From Armatimonadota bacterium (GTDB lineage: Bacteria > Vulcanimicrobiota > JACPDS01 > JBDRKI01): DNA of 64,000 nt. Under the pieces are notes generated by a model, which saw only the letters and a program-made list of their open reading frames with translations, was not told the origin of the DNA and made no database searches. Of the stretch, positions 10,909 through 20,528 are shown one piece after another. The stretch spans positions 15,716-79,715 of the forward strand of contig JBDRKI010000102.1 of assembly GCA_043814095.1 (NCBI GenBank), given 5' to 3'. Positions within the stretch are counted from its first letter, which is position 1. Each line of letters begins with the position of its first letter. The position numbers were made by a program, and so were the translations under genes.

Positions 10909-11667
10909 GTGTCTAAATTAACTAAAGTTCAGATGGAAAGATATTCAAGACAGTTAATGATATCAGACATAGGCATTAAAGGCCAGGCGAAGCTTTTAAA
11001 CGCGAAGGTGCTGGTTATAGGGGCAGGGGGACTCGGTTCGGTAAATCTTCTGTATTTAACGGCAGCCGGAGTAGGTAATATAGCTATAACAGATGATGAT
11101 AAAGTCCAGCTTAGTAATTTGCAGAGGCAGATATTGTATTCCCGGGATGATATAGGTAAGTATAAAGTTGATGTAGCCCGCAAAAAACTTGAAAAATTGA
11201 ATGAAGACGTAAAAATAAAAACTTTTAGAGTAAGGCTGGATGAAACTAACGCCCGGGATATTTTTAAAGATTATGATATTATTGTAGATTGCACGGATAA
11301 TATGCCGGCAAGACTGGTAATAAATAAATTTGCATGCAAAATGCGGAAAAAATGGTCTTACGGCGCGATATTTTCTATGGAGGGTCAGGCTTCAACTATA
11401 ATACCGGGAAAAACAGTATGCTACAGATGCTTATTTGAAGATACTCCGGATAATGAAAGCATAGTAAATAAAACGGGTCCCGGTGTTATAGGTGTTATAC
11501 CGGCGGTTATAGGATCTATACAGGCTACGGAGGTGATCAAGCTGATTATAGGGAAAGGGAAGTTGTTAACCGGCAAACTACTTGTTTACCAGGCACTGGA
11601 TATGAGCTTTGATACAATAAATGTAAAGAAACGGAAAAATTGCCCTGTATGCGGGAAGGGGTGCTGA
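10909..11667 (+). CDS. ThiF/MoeB/HesA-family E1-like adenylyltransferase
   Basis: GAGGLGS nucleotide-binding motif and two C-terminal CxxC pairs (CYRC, CPVC). GTG start with an AGGAG RBS. Confidence 0.8.
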   Translation: MSKLTKVQMERYSRQLMISDIGIKGQAKLLNAKVLVIGAGGLGSVNLLYLTAAGVGNIAITDDDKVQLSNLQRQILYSRDDIGKYKVDVARKKLEKLNEDVKIKTFRVRLDETNARDIFKDYDIIVDCTDNMPARLVINKFACKMRKKWSYGAIFSMEGQASTIIPGKTVCYRCLFEDTPDNESIVNKTGPGVIGVIPAVIGSIQATEVIKLIIGKGKLLTGKLLVYQALDMSFDTINVKKRKNCPVCGKGC

Positions 11668-11668
11668 C

Positions 11669-12223
11669 ATGATAAAATCTGATAACTGGATAAAGGAGAT
11701 GTCTCTTGAACATGGGATGATAAAACCTTTTGCTCCCGAACAGATAAGGGACGGCAATATTTCATACGGGCTCTCTTCTTACGGTTATGATATAAGGATA
11801 TCGGATGAATTTGAGATTTTAGATATTTCTAATAAGATAGAATATTTAGACCCGAAAAATACCGACAAACCGTTATTTAAAAAGATAAAAACAAAGGAAT
11901 TCATTATTCCCGCGAATTCTTTTGTTCTGGCCAGATCCCTGGAATATTTTAAAATTCCGAGAAATGTCATAACGGCTTGTTTCGGAAAGTCAACTTACGC
12001 GAGATCAGGCATCATAGTTAACGTAACTCCTTTTGAACCTCACTGGGAAGGTTTTGCAACCATGTGCATAGCCAACACTGCCCCTGTGCCCGTAAAAATT
12101 TACGCGGGAGAAGGCATCGCTCAGCTCCTCTTTTTTGAAAGCGATGAAAGCTGTATAACCTCATATGCCGATAAAAAGGGTAAATACCAGGCTCAAAAAA
12201 ACATAACCCATTCTAAAGTATAG
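11669..12223 (+). CDS. dcd: dCTP deaminase
   Basis: Alignable to Dcd signature blocks ([22 protein letters not shown]). Start codon overlaps the stop of the upstream E1-like gene (TGACATG). Confidence 0.85.
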   Translation: MIKSDNWIKEMSLEHGMIKPFAPEQIRDGNISYGLSSYGYDIRISDEFEILDISNKIEYLDPKNTDKPLFKKIKTKEFIIPANSFVLARSLEYFKIPRNVITACFGKSTYARSGIIVNVTPFEPHWEGFATMCIANTAPVPVKIYAGEGIAQLLFFESDESCITSYADKKGKYQAQKNITHSKV

Positions 12224-12246
12224 TCAGAATAGGTTATGTTTTTTAC
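12196..12246. terminator. Bidirectional terminator hairpin (AAAAACATAACC..GGTTATGTTTTT) between dcd and the ferredoxin gene
   Basis: ~11-bp inverted repeat flanked by an A-run and a T-run. It serves the convergent dcd and ferredoxin genes. Confidence 0.5.
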
Positions 12247-12285
12247 TATTTTTCTTTTCTTGTTTTCAGTAGCTTCTTTTATGAA

Positions 12286-12453
12286 TTATTTTGATATAGC
12301 GCCGACAGGGCATACATCTACACATGCGCCGCAGTCTGTGCATTTTTCGGCGTCTATATTATATTTGTCTCCTGCTTCGGAGATTGCGCCTACTTCACAC
12401 TGTGGTTCACAGGCACCGCACGCGATACACTCGTCATTGATTTTGTGTGCCAT
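12286..12453 (-). CDS. 2x[4Fe-4S] ferredoxin (55 aa); absent from the ORF track because it is under 60 aa
   Basis: Minus-strand translation gives MAHKINDECIACGACEPQCEVGAISEAGDKYNIDAEKCTDCGACVDVCPVGAISK, i.e. two CxxCxxCxxxCP motifs. GGAGGAT RBS 7 nt upstream. The plus-strand ORF 12236..12484 is its shadow. Confidence 0.75.
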   Translation of the reverse strand: MAHKINDECIACGACEPQCEVGAISEAGDKYNIDAEKCTDCGACVDVCPVGAISK

Positions 12454-12524
12454 AATATCCTCCTTTATTAAATTTGTTTTTTAAGTTTCTGCCCAGATAT
12501 TCTATACCGTGAATAAATATCCTT

Positions 12525-13817
12525 CTAGGTTCTCTTGCTTTCCTGATTTGCCGCAATAGCTTTTATTATGCTTCCCGCCAGCGCCGTAGGGTTATGACGC
12601 AGATAAGTATCTTCTAAAAGTATATTGTCTTCAACTGTCTGTATGTTCATTTTAGCAAGCTGATCATAGTCATTCTGGACGACTTGTGCTCCCTCTTCTT
12701 TATATCTTTCAAGATATTTGCTGGGATGTTTGCTGTTTAAGATTACATAATCAAAGAAATTTTCCCCCGTATATTTATATATGGCTTTTAAATGGTCGGA
12801 AGCCTTAAATCCCGTAGTTTCGCCCTGCTGGGTCATTATGTTGCAGACATATATTTTTACGGCTTTTGAGTTTTTTATCCCTTCAATCATGCCGGGTATA
12901 AGAAGGTTGCATATGACGCTTGTATAGAGACTCCCCGGTCCCAGTATTATAGCGTCAGCTTCGGTTATGGCACTTAAAACTTCAGGCAGAGGGGTGCAGG
13001 AAGACGGTTTTAAAAAAAGCCGTTTTATGGGGGATGTGCTTTTGGATATATTGGATTCTCCTTCTACTATTTTTCCGTCTTCAAGTTCCGCACAGAGAAC
13101 CCCTATATCAAGCGTTGCGGGCAGGACCTTTCCGCATATGGATAAAATTTTACTTGAAAGTTTTATTGCTTCATAGAAATTACCGGTTATATTGGTCATC
13201 GCGGCGAGCAGTATATTGCCGAAATTATGGCCTTTCAGATCGCGCCCGCTGCTGAAACGGTACTGGAATAGTTCGCTCATAAGTGATTCTTCGTTTGCAA
13301 GCCCTACCAGGCAGTTTCTTATATCTCCCGGAGGCAGAATATTTAATTCCTCTCTTATCCTGCCCGAGGAACCACCGTCATCAGTTACGGCTACCACGGC
13401 TGTGATATTGCTTGTGAAGATTTTAAGGCCCCTTAAAAGGGAAGAGAGCCCCGTTCCTCCGCCCATGGTTATTATTTTATAGCCCTGCTTAAGATGCCCG
13501 CGCTCAAGCAGTACTTCCAGTACTTTCTTGTTTTCATAAGGCACAATCGCGGTATATATGGATTTAAACCACAGCCTTATACCCAGAACCATAAGGATTA
13601 ATCCGAGCAAAACAAAAAACATGTCTACCCAGAATGCCGAAATATTCTTATGGAATACGGTTTTAATCCAGGAAAGTATCGTAAGTTCTATGCTGATGGG
13701 TATTTTTATGTTTATCATTAAAATGATGCCTATGCTGAATATTATGAGCCCCGCCCAGAAAACAAACAGCCATCTTTTAACACGCAGGCCAGGATAAAGC
13801 CATTTTATGATATTCAT
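12525..13817 (-). CDS. YvcK/CofD-like protein (gluconeogenesis factor, UPF0052) with an N-terminal ~100-aa transmembrane extension
   Basis: Conserved YvcK blocks (ITMGGGTG, VVAVTDDGGSSG, LPPGDIRNCL). The N-terminus has two hydrophobic helices not present in the ~320-aa canonical proteins. Confidence 0.8.
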   Translation of the reverse strand: MNIIKWLYPGLRVKRWLFVFWAGLIIFSIGIILMINIKIPISIELTILSWIKTVFHKNISAFWVDMFFVLLGLILMVLGIRLWFKSIYTAIVPYENKKVLEVLLERGHLKQGYKIITMGGGTGLSSLLRGLKIFTSNITAVVAVTDDGGSSGRIREELNILPPGDIRNCLVGLANEESLMSELFQYRFSSGRDLKGHNFGNILLAAMTNITGNFYEAIKLSSKILSICGKVLPATLDIGVLCAELEDGKIVEGESNISKSTSPIKRLFLKPSSCTPLPEVLSAITEADAIILGPGSLYTSVICNLLIPGMIEGIKNSKAVKIYVCNIMTQQGETTGFKASDHLKAIYKYTGENFFDYVILNSKHPSKYLERYKEEGAQVVQNDYDQLAKMNIQTVEDNILLEDTYLRHNPTALAGSIIKAIAANQESKRT

Positions 13818-13829
13818 ATGTTCCTCTTG

Positions 13830-14687
13830 TTATTTATCTATATCCCTGTGTTCAATAATAATATTATAGCCCTGTTTTTTTAAATACTTACCCAGTTTCT
13901 GGGTTATTACCACGGATCTGTGTCTGCCCCCGGTGCATCCTATGGATATTGTAAGGTGGGATTTTCCTTCTTTGATGTAATTCGGTATAAGGAAATCCCC
14001 GATATCATATATTTTTCTTAAGAATTTCTTTACGATGGTTGAACGCAAAACATAATCTTCAACTTTTTTATCTAGCCCCGTTAATTTTTGCAGTTTGCCG
14101 TCATAAAAAGGATTGGGCATAAATCTTACGTCCAGTACTATGTCCGAATCGATAGGCAGCCCGTATTTAAAACCGAAGCTTACAACAGTTATGTTCAGGG
14201 TCTTTTTTGTTTCATCCCGGAAATAACTTGCCAGGACTTCCTCTTTTAAAAGATTGGAAGACTTTTTTGAAGTATTTATTATTTTAGTTGAAATTTTTCT
14301 CAGGACTTCAAGTTCTTTGCGCTCTTTTTTTATGCTGTTTAAAACTCTGCCGCCTTTGGCGAGAGGGTGCTTTCTCCTTGTCTCGCTGAACCTGCTTATT
14401 AGAGTAGAATCATCGGCTTCAAGGAAGAGGATCTCGTATTTTATATTAAGCTTTTTCAGTTCCTTAAGATTATCAAACAGTTCTTTGAAAAATTTCCTTC
14501 CCCTTATGTCTATGACTATAGCGGCTTTTTTGACGTTTGACTTTAAGAATATCTGGCCGAAATTATTTATAAGGGCCGGATGGAGATTATCTATGCAGAA
14601 ATAACCCATATCTTCAAAAATATGAAGCGCCAGGCTTTTTCCGGCGCCGGAAAGCCCTGTTATAATAATAAAATTCTTTTTTGACAT
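13830..14687 (-). CDS. rapZ: RNase adapter / nucleotide-binding protein RapZ (YvcJ)
   Basis: P-loop ITGLSGAGKS at the N-terminus and a RapZ-like C-terminal domain. Adjacent to yvcK as in Bacillus. Confidence 0.85.
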   Translation of the reverse strand: MSKKNFIIITGLSGAGKSLALHIFEDMGYFCIDNLHPALINNFGQIFLKSNVKKAAIVIDIRGRKFFKELFDNLKELKKLNIKYEILFLEADDSTLISRFSETRRKHPLAKGGRVLNSIKKERKELEVLRKISTKIINTSKKSSNLLKEEVLASYFRDETKKTLNITVVSFGFKYGLPIDSDIVLDVRFMPNPFYDGKLQKLTGLDKKVEDYVLRSTIVKKFLRKIYDIGDFLIPNYIKEGKSHLTISIGCTGGRHRSVVITQKLGKYLKKQGYNIIIEHRDIDK

Positions 14688-14730
14688 TTAAACCTCGCTT
14701 ATCGGTGTATATAGCTTCTATAACGGAGTT

Positions 14731-16347
14731 TTAATTACCTTTTAACGCGGCTCTTCTTCTTTTTTTATGCAGTTTTAGTGCAAAACGGTGAGCTTCATCG
14801 CGTATATATCTTACTAAATTCAAGATTTTAGGATATTCAGACAGATCTATTGGATTTTTAAGGTGCGGCGCGTATATTAATTCCTCCCTCTTAGCTATGG
14901 ATATTACATCCATATTTGAGATATTAAGTTTATTTATTATTTTAAGAGCAGTGCTTAACTGCCCCTTGCCGCCGTCAATTATTAAAAGATCGGGACGCCC
15001 TGTTTTATCTTTAAGGTTTCTTTCAAGCACTTCTTCAATCATGGCGTAATCATCCGGTGTTGTTTCCCCCTTTATTATATAATGCCTGTATAGTTTTTTA
15101 TGCGGTTTTCCGCCTGCAAAACATATAACGGAACCCGCGGCAAATTTACCGGATATATTTGAAATATCAACGGCTTTAATCACGGCGGGCAGGTTATTTA
15201 ATACCAGCAATTCTTTTAATTTTACAAGCGCTTCATGTCCGGATTCTGTTTCTTTAACCGATGACAGGATTTTTAATCCGGCATTTTTCTCCGCCAGAGC
15301 TACCAGAGCTTTATTTGTGCCCCTGTTTGCGGTGTATATAAGCAGTTTGTTTTCAAATTCTTCCCTGAAAAGGTTTTTATCTTCTTCCGTCAGTTTTATA
15401 GAAGTATAAATTTTTGCAGGCATAAATTCCGCGTCGGAATACATTTTTCTTATAAAATAAAGGATTGCATCGCTGTTTCTTAATCCCGGGGGAGGGGAGA
15501 ATATAAAGTTTTTTTCCGCGATAAGCCTGCCTTCCCTTACCTGCAGTATGCTGACAGATGTCGTGCCTTCCTGTTTTGCCGTACCGATATAATCGGCATT
15601 TATTGTTGATTTAAAAAATACTTTCTGTTTCTCTGTTATATTCATTATGCGGTTTATTATATTCTGTAAGAGGGCGCAGCGTTCAAAATTAAGATTTTTG
15701 CTTTCTTTTTTCACCTCTTTCCGCAGAGCGTTTAAAACAGGGGAGGTGTTGCCGGCTAAAAAATTTACGGCTTTTTCAACATTGTAATTATAGTCTTTTT
15801 CTTTTATAAGGTTGAGGCACGGCGCCGAACATAGTTTAATATTGTTGTATAAACATCCTTTAATTCTTTTAGATGGCAGTTTTTCTTTACATGTTCTTAT
15901 TGTAAATATTTTTCTTAATGTGTAGAATACTTTTCTTAATGCGCCTACATTTGTATAAGGGCCGAAATATGCGCTTTTAAGATTTGTAATGTTCCTGGTT
16001 ATCCGTATATAAGGAAATCTTACATTTACGGCTATCTCTATGAAAGGGTATTTTTTATCGTCTTTGAGCTTTATATTATACCTTGGTTTGTGTTTTTTTA
16101 TAAGATTGTATTCTAATATTAACGCTTCTTTTAAGGAATCTGTGGCGATATAATCAAAAGCTTTTATGTTTTCGGTAAGTTTCTGTGTTTTTAAGTCTTT
16201 CTGATGCTTAAAATAGGATGTTATGCGTTTTTTTAAAGAAGCGGAAGATCCCACATAGATTACTTTACCGCGGACATCCTTAAATAAATAAACTCCGCTT
16301 AAAGCTGGCAGGTACTTTAATTTTTGCTTGATTTTTTTATTTATCAT
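14731..16347 (-). CDS. uvrC: Excinuclease ABC subunit C (UvrC), apparently lacking the C-terminal (HhH)2 domain
   Basis: N-terminal GIY-YIG (GVYLF..GKVIYVG), a UvrB-interaction region and a C-terminal RNaseH-like nuclease block (IRDEAHRFA). It ends ~20 aa later without a helix-hairpin-helix region. Confidence 0.8.
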   Translation of the reverse strand: MINKKIKQKLKYLPALSGVYLFKDVRGKVIYVGSSASLKKRITSYFKHQKDLKTQKLTENIKAFDYIATDSLKEALILEYNLIKKHKPRYNIKLKDDKKYPFIEIAVNVRFPYIRITRNITNLKSAYFGPYTNVGALRKVFYTLRKIFTIRTCKEKLPSKRIKGCLYNNIKLCSAPCLNLIKEKDYNYNVEKAVNFLAGNTSPVLNALRKEVKKESKNLNFERCALLQNIINRIMNITEKQKVFFKSTINADYIGTAKQEGTTSVSILQVREGRLIAEKNFIFSPPPGLRNSDAILYFIRKMYSDAEFMPAKIYTSIKLTEEDKNLFREEFENKLLIYTANRGTNKALVALAEKNAGLKILSSVKETESGHEALVKLKELLVLNNLPAVIKAVDISNISGKFAAGSVICFAGGKPHKKLYRHYIIKGETTPDDYAMIEEVLERNLKDKTGRPDLLIIDGGKGQLSTALKIINKLNISNMDVISIAKREELIYAPHLKNPIDLSEYPKILNLVRYIRDEAHRFALKLHKKRRRAALKGN

Positions 16348-17739
16348 TTAACCTAGATTGTAATTGTCTATCAAATAATAAACGGCTTCTATTAACTGGG
16401 CGTCATCATCTTTGCCGAGGTTGGTAGGATCCATTTTTACCGATATATTCGGTTTTATGCCTACGGAGTTTATATCTTTGCCGTCGGGAGTAAAATAATG
16501 CGCCACGGTATATTTAATGGCGCTGTTATCCCTGAATTCGTGGATTTGCTGGACAGACGCTTTACCGAAAGACTGCTCGCCGATTAACATGGCTTTTTTT
16601 GTGTCCTGGAGAGCTCCCGCTGTTATTTCCGAAGCGCTTGCGCTGTATTCATTAATAAGAATAACCACCGGAATATTAACACCGTTCCTGCCGTCTGAAT
16701 AATAGTTTTCTCTTAAATTAGTGCGTTCGTTTATAACAGACACTACAAGCGAACCTCTCGGCAGGAATTTACTGCATACATCCTTGGCGGCGGTTATGTA
16801 TCCTCCGCCGTTATTTCTGAGATCTAATATTAATGCCTGAGCTCCTTTTTCTTTTATTACTTCCAGTGCTTTATTGAATTCGTAATCCGTATTCTCGCCG
16901 AAATACCGCAGTTTTATATATCCTATCTTTTTATTTATCAGCTTGGCCTGTGCGCTCTTTACGTGAATTTTTTCGCGTATAATAACATATTTTTTTATCA
17001 CGCCCTTGCGATCTACTGTTAAAACAACGGAAGACCCCATTTTTCCCCGTATTTTTTGCGCGGCCACCTCAATATCCATGCCCTTGGTCGGTTCGTCATT
17101 TATTTTCAAAATAATGTCCCCGCTTTTTAATCCGGCTTTATACGCGGGGGTGTTTTCTATGGGTTCAATAACGGTAAGCTGATTGTTATTTTTTTTGTCT
17201 GTCTGTATGTATATTCCGACCCCGCCGAAATTTCCCCCTGACATCTGTTCTTTTAATATTTTAAATTCGCCGGGAGTCATTAATAATGTATAAGGATCAT
17301 CATAAGGTGGCTTGGAAAGGATCTCCAGCATGCTGCTTATACACGCGTAAATAAATTTGGATTTATCAACAGACTCTTTATATTTATCAAGCACGCTGTT
17401 GATTCTTTCGGAGAATATGTTCATGTTTTCCCGGGTATCATTCTGTTCGTTTAAAAGAGGTATCTCATCATCCTTAAGCTTTAAAATCTCTTTAAGATAT
17501 TTATTGCCTCCGCGTATTGCCTCATTTAAAAACTGATTGACATTGATGTCTTTTATGTAATCCGATTTCAGAAGTTTTACCGTGTATAATATATCATTGG
17601 AATTTATTGAGCGGGCCTGAGCATGGACTTCATTGTACGCAAAATACGCGACAAACTGGAAAATAAGCAGAATAACCAGTACCATGGATAATTTAAAGCT
17701 TAAAGAGTTATTTTTACGCATATTCCCGCTCCTTTTCAA
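16348..17739 (-). CDS. S41-family C-terminal processing peptidase (CtpA/Prc-like) with a PDZ domain, paralog 1
   Basis: PDZ (GDIILKINDEPTKGM) and S41 catalytic region (LDLRNNGGGY..SASASEI). N-terminal signal/TM segment. Confidence 0.8.
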   Translation of the reverse strand: MKRSGNMRKNNSLSFKLSMVLVILLIFQFVAYFAYNEVHAQARSINSNDILYTVKLLKSDYIKDINVNQFLNEAIRGGNKYLKEILKLKDDEIPLLNEQNDTRENMNIFSERINSVLDKYKESVDKSKFIYACISSMLEILSKPPYDDPYTLLMTPGEFKILKEQMSGGNFGGVGIYIQTDKKNNNQLTVIEPIENTPAYKAGLKSGDIILKINDEPTKGMDIEVAAQKIRGKMGSSVVLTVDRKGVIKKYVIIREKIHVKSAQAKLINKKIGYIKLRYFGENTDYEFNKALEVIKEKGAQALILDLRNNGGGYITAAKDVCSKFLPRGSLVVSVINERTNLRENYYSDGRNGVNIPVVILINEYSASASEITAGALQDTKKAMLIGEQSFGKASVQQIHEFRDNSAIKYTVAHYFTPDGKDINSVGIKPNISVKMDPTNLGKDDDAQLIEAVYYLIDNYNLG

Positions 17740-17789
17740 CTTTTATATTTAAATACTTTGATAAAGTAACTTAAAGTCCTTGCGGAACT

Positions 17790-19136
17790 TTATTTATTTT
17801 TCAAAGCAACAGGTTCTATCTGCTTTTTTAATATTTTTATGGTTTCTTCAAGCTGGACATCGTGTTCGTTTAATATGTCATCTTCGGTAAATTTAATAAC
17901 TATATCGGGTTCAATACCTATTTTATTGATATTTTTGCCTTCCGGAGTGCAGTAATAAGCGGTTGTAAGTTTTATGGCTCCTCCGTCGGGGCTGGGTATT
18001 ATTCTCTGAACAGATGCTTTGCCGAATGTTTTTTCGCCGATAAGCGGCACATTTTTGCTTTTTAAGGCGGCTGCTGTTATTTCTGAGGCGCTAGCACTGT
18101 ATCTGTTTACCAGAATAGCCATGGGCAGAACTTTTCTGGGATTCGGCATGGATTTATATTCATCCCTGGAAACTTTACGGCCTTCTATTGATGTAATCAG
18201 GGTGTTTGTCGGGAGGAATTTACTGCAGACCGAGACAGCCGTTTCTATATAACCGCCGCCGTTATTCCGCAGATCAAGGATATATCCTTTTATATCATTG
18301 CTGTCAAAATAATTCAGGGCTTCTTCAAGTTCATAGGAAGTATCTTCCCCGAAAATATCCAGTTTTATATACCCTATGCTATCATCAATTATTTTATAGC
18401 TTGCGGATTTAATATGAATAAGCGCCCGGGTTAAGGTTGCGTCAAAAGTTTTATCTTCTTTTTTCCTGTAAACGGTTATGTTTACCGTAGATCCGACTTT
18501 GCCCCGTAAGAGGTTCTGAGCTCCTTCTATTGAGATGCCTTCTATGGATTTTCCGTTAACTTTTGTAATTACATCTCCGGATGCAAGACCTGCCTTTTCC
18601 GCAGGAGTACCTTCAAGCGGCCTTACTACGGTTAAGGCGTTGTTATTATCCGGGTCAAGTTCAATAGCTACGCCTAAACCTCCGAAATTGCCGCCTTCCA
18701 TCTGTTCAATAAGCAGTTTGTATTCTTTCGGCGTCATATATTTTGAAAACTGATCGCCTAAAGAATCAACGATACCGCTTATGACCACATCCGTTATATC
18801 CTGATATTTTAAATCTTTGTTCTCGTTAACTGCCGTATTTATATATTCTTTTAAGATTTTGACCTGAGCTTCACTCCCTGTATTTTTATCTAAATCTTTT
18901 ATGTACGAGTAATCTTTCTTATGGAGTGTAAGATATTTCTTAAGGGCGGATATGCCGTTGTTTATAAGTTCCAGCTGGTCTACTTCCGTAACATAATTAT
19001 TTTTTACGATTTCTATCGTATAATTGATTGATTTAAAATTTTGATCCTGCGCGGAATATGTTATTCCACCGGAAAAAATTAACGCGACAAAAATAATTAA
19101 AAAGAAGGCGGCTGTTTTAGATGCTGTTTTATACAT
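17790..19136 (-). CDS. S41-family C-terminal processing peptidase with a PDZ domain, paralog 2
   Basis: Same architecture as the adjacent gene (LDLRNNGGGY, SASASEI). Confidence 0.8.
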   Translation of the reverse strand: MYKTASKTAAFFLIIFVALIFSGGITYSAQDQNFKSINYTIEIVKNNYVTEVDQLELINNGISALKKYLTLHKKDYSYIKDLDKNTGSEAQVKILKEYINTAVNENKDLKYQDITDVVISGIVDSLGDQFSKYMTPKEYKLLIEQMEGGNFGGLGVAIELDPDNNNALTVVRPLEGTPAEKAGLASGDVITKVNGKSIEGISIEGAQNLLRGKVGSTVNITVYRKKEDKTFDATLTRALIHIKSASYKIIDDSIGYIKLDIFGEDTSYELEEALNYFDSNDIKGYILDLRNNGGGYIETAVSVCSKFLPTNTLITSIEGRKVSRDEYKSMPNPRKVLPMAILVNRYSASASEITAAALKSKNVPLIGEKTFGKASVQRIIPSPDGGAIKLTTAYYCTPEGKNINKIGIEPDIVIKFTEDDILNEHDVQLEETIKILKKQIEPVALKNK

Positions 19137-19280
19137 AAATTATTCCTCTTTTCTTATTTCCCGACAAAATATTACTAATATATTTATTAGTAGTATATTA
19201 TACTTATTTATTTCCAATTTTATTCTAACATATAAATATAAAGTACAGTATAGTCCTTTAGACCTATTTTGAAGTAACTG

Positions 19281-19301
19281 AAAAATTCTTAAAAATAAGA
19301 A
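19281..19301 (-). terminator. Small AT hairpin (TTCTTA-AAAA-TAAGAA) plus T-run on the minus strand after the envC-like gene
   Basis: Perfect 6-bp inverted repeat followed by TTTTT on the minus strand. Weak, AT-only stem. Confidence 0.3.
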
Positions 19302-19313
19302 TTTCATTAAAAA

Positions 19314-20516
19314 TCACAATTTACTTCTCGGGTTAATAGGAGTGCCGTTCTGTCTTATTTCAAAGTGAAGGTGAGGCCCTGTGCTCTGGCCTGTGCTTCC
19401 TATATTAGCGATATGCTGGCCTCTTGCAACCCTCTGCCCGCATTTTTTATATAATGCCGAGCAGTGTCCGTAAAGGGTGGAGTATCCGCCTCCGTGATCT
19501 ATAATCATGGCATATCCGTATCCGCCGTACCAGCCTGAAAATATTACGACCCCGTCGCACGCGGCGTATATCGGAGCGCCGTATCCCGCCGCTATGTCAA
19601 TACCCGAGTGAAATCTTACCCTGCCGTAAATTGGATGGGTTCTCCATCCGAAAGGGGATGTGATATATTTTGAGCTTGTGGGCCATGAAAATTTCCCCGA
19701 CGCGGCGTAAGGCGAAGTCACCTTATTCTTAATATTAGCTCTCTGGCGTTCCCTGATCAGCTGTTCAAGCTGGGCTTCCAGCTGTCTTGTGGAATGTTCA
19801 AGCTCTACGACATAATTCTGGACGGACCTTCTTTGCTGGGTTACTTCCCAGAGAAGATTTTTCCGCTGTCTTTCTATGCTTGTTAATTCTTTTTCTTTGC
19901 TGTAAAGCTCGTGTTTAAGCGCTAATTTTTCTTTTATTACGGCTTCGTATCTTGCTTTTTGTTTGTTTTTCTCTTCCTGGACGTTCTGTATCCTTTTAAG
20001 AATGGCCGCTTCATTATTAATGATATCCCTTAGCTGTTCGGACCGGGTTAAAAAATCATTAAAGCTGGCGGAACCTAAAAGGATGGAAAGGTAGTCCACA
20101 TCGCGTGTTTCATAAATATCGCGTATGCGCGTGCTTAATGAGAGCTCTTTCTGGTCTTCGGCCTGCTCAAGGTTTTCCAGCCTTTGTTTTACCTGTTCTA
20201 AAACACGCTTGTTTGCGTCAAGCTGTATTTTAACATGCTCTATATCTTTATTGACCCTGTTTAACCTGTACTGGGCGCTTGCGAGCTGGTCGGCAAGGAA
20301 ATCTTCTCTTGAGTTTAATTTGCGCAGCTGCTGGCGTTTAATATCAAGGTATTTTTTCTTTTCTTTTATCTGCTGGTTTTTTTGTTTTATTTTACTCTCA
20401 ATCGCGTCTTTCTTGCTCGCGGCGTAACAGAAGCAAAAAAGATTGACAAATATAAATGCTGAAAATATCAGCAAAAGTATGATTATTTTTTTGTAATTAA
20501 ATTTTGAATTCTTCAT
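19314..20516 (-). CDS. Coiled-coil M23 (LytM) peptidase, EnvC-like activator/hydrolase
   Basis: N-terminal TM segment, a long coiled coil, and a C-terminal M23 domain (HSGIDIA..HLHFEIR). Located next to ftsEX. Confidence 0.75.
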   Translation of the reverse strand: MKNSKFNYKKIIILLLIFSAFIFVNLFCFCYAASKKDAIESKIKQKNQQIKEKKKYLDIKRQQLRKLNSREDFLADQLASAQYRLNRVNKDIEHVKIQLDANKRVLEQVKQRLENLEQAEDQKELSLSTRIRDIYETRDVDYLSILLGSASFNDFLTRSEQLRDIINNEAAILKRIQNVQEEKNKQKARYEAVIKEKLALKHELYSKEKELTSIERQRKNLLWEVTQQRRSVQNYVVELEHSTRQLEAQLEQLIRERQRANIKNKVTSPYAASGKFSWPTSSKYITSPFGWRTHPIYGRVRFHSGIDIAAGYGAPIYAACDGVVIFSGWYGGYGYAMIIDHGGGYSTLYGHCSALYKKCGQRVARGQHIANIGSTGQSTGPHLHFEIRQNGTPINPRSKL

Positions 20517-20528
20517 AGTTACAATCGT

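Noticed and set aside
12236-12484. Plus-strand 82-aa ORF (MFFTIFLFLF..) from the ORF track
   Set aside because: Low-complexity and Cys-poor, with no RBS. The opposite strand encodes a textbook 2x[4Fe-4S] ferredoxin with a strong RBS, so the plus-strand ORF is a shadow.
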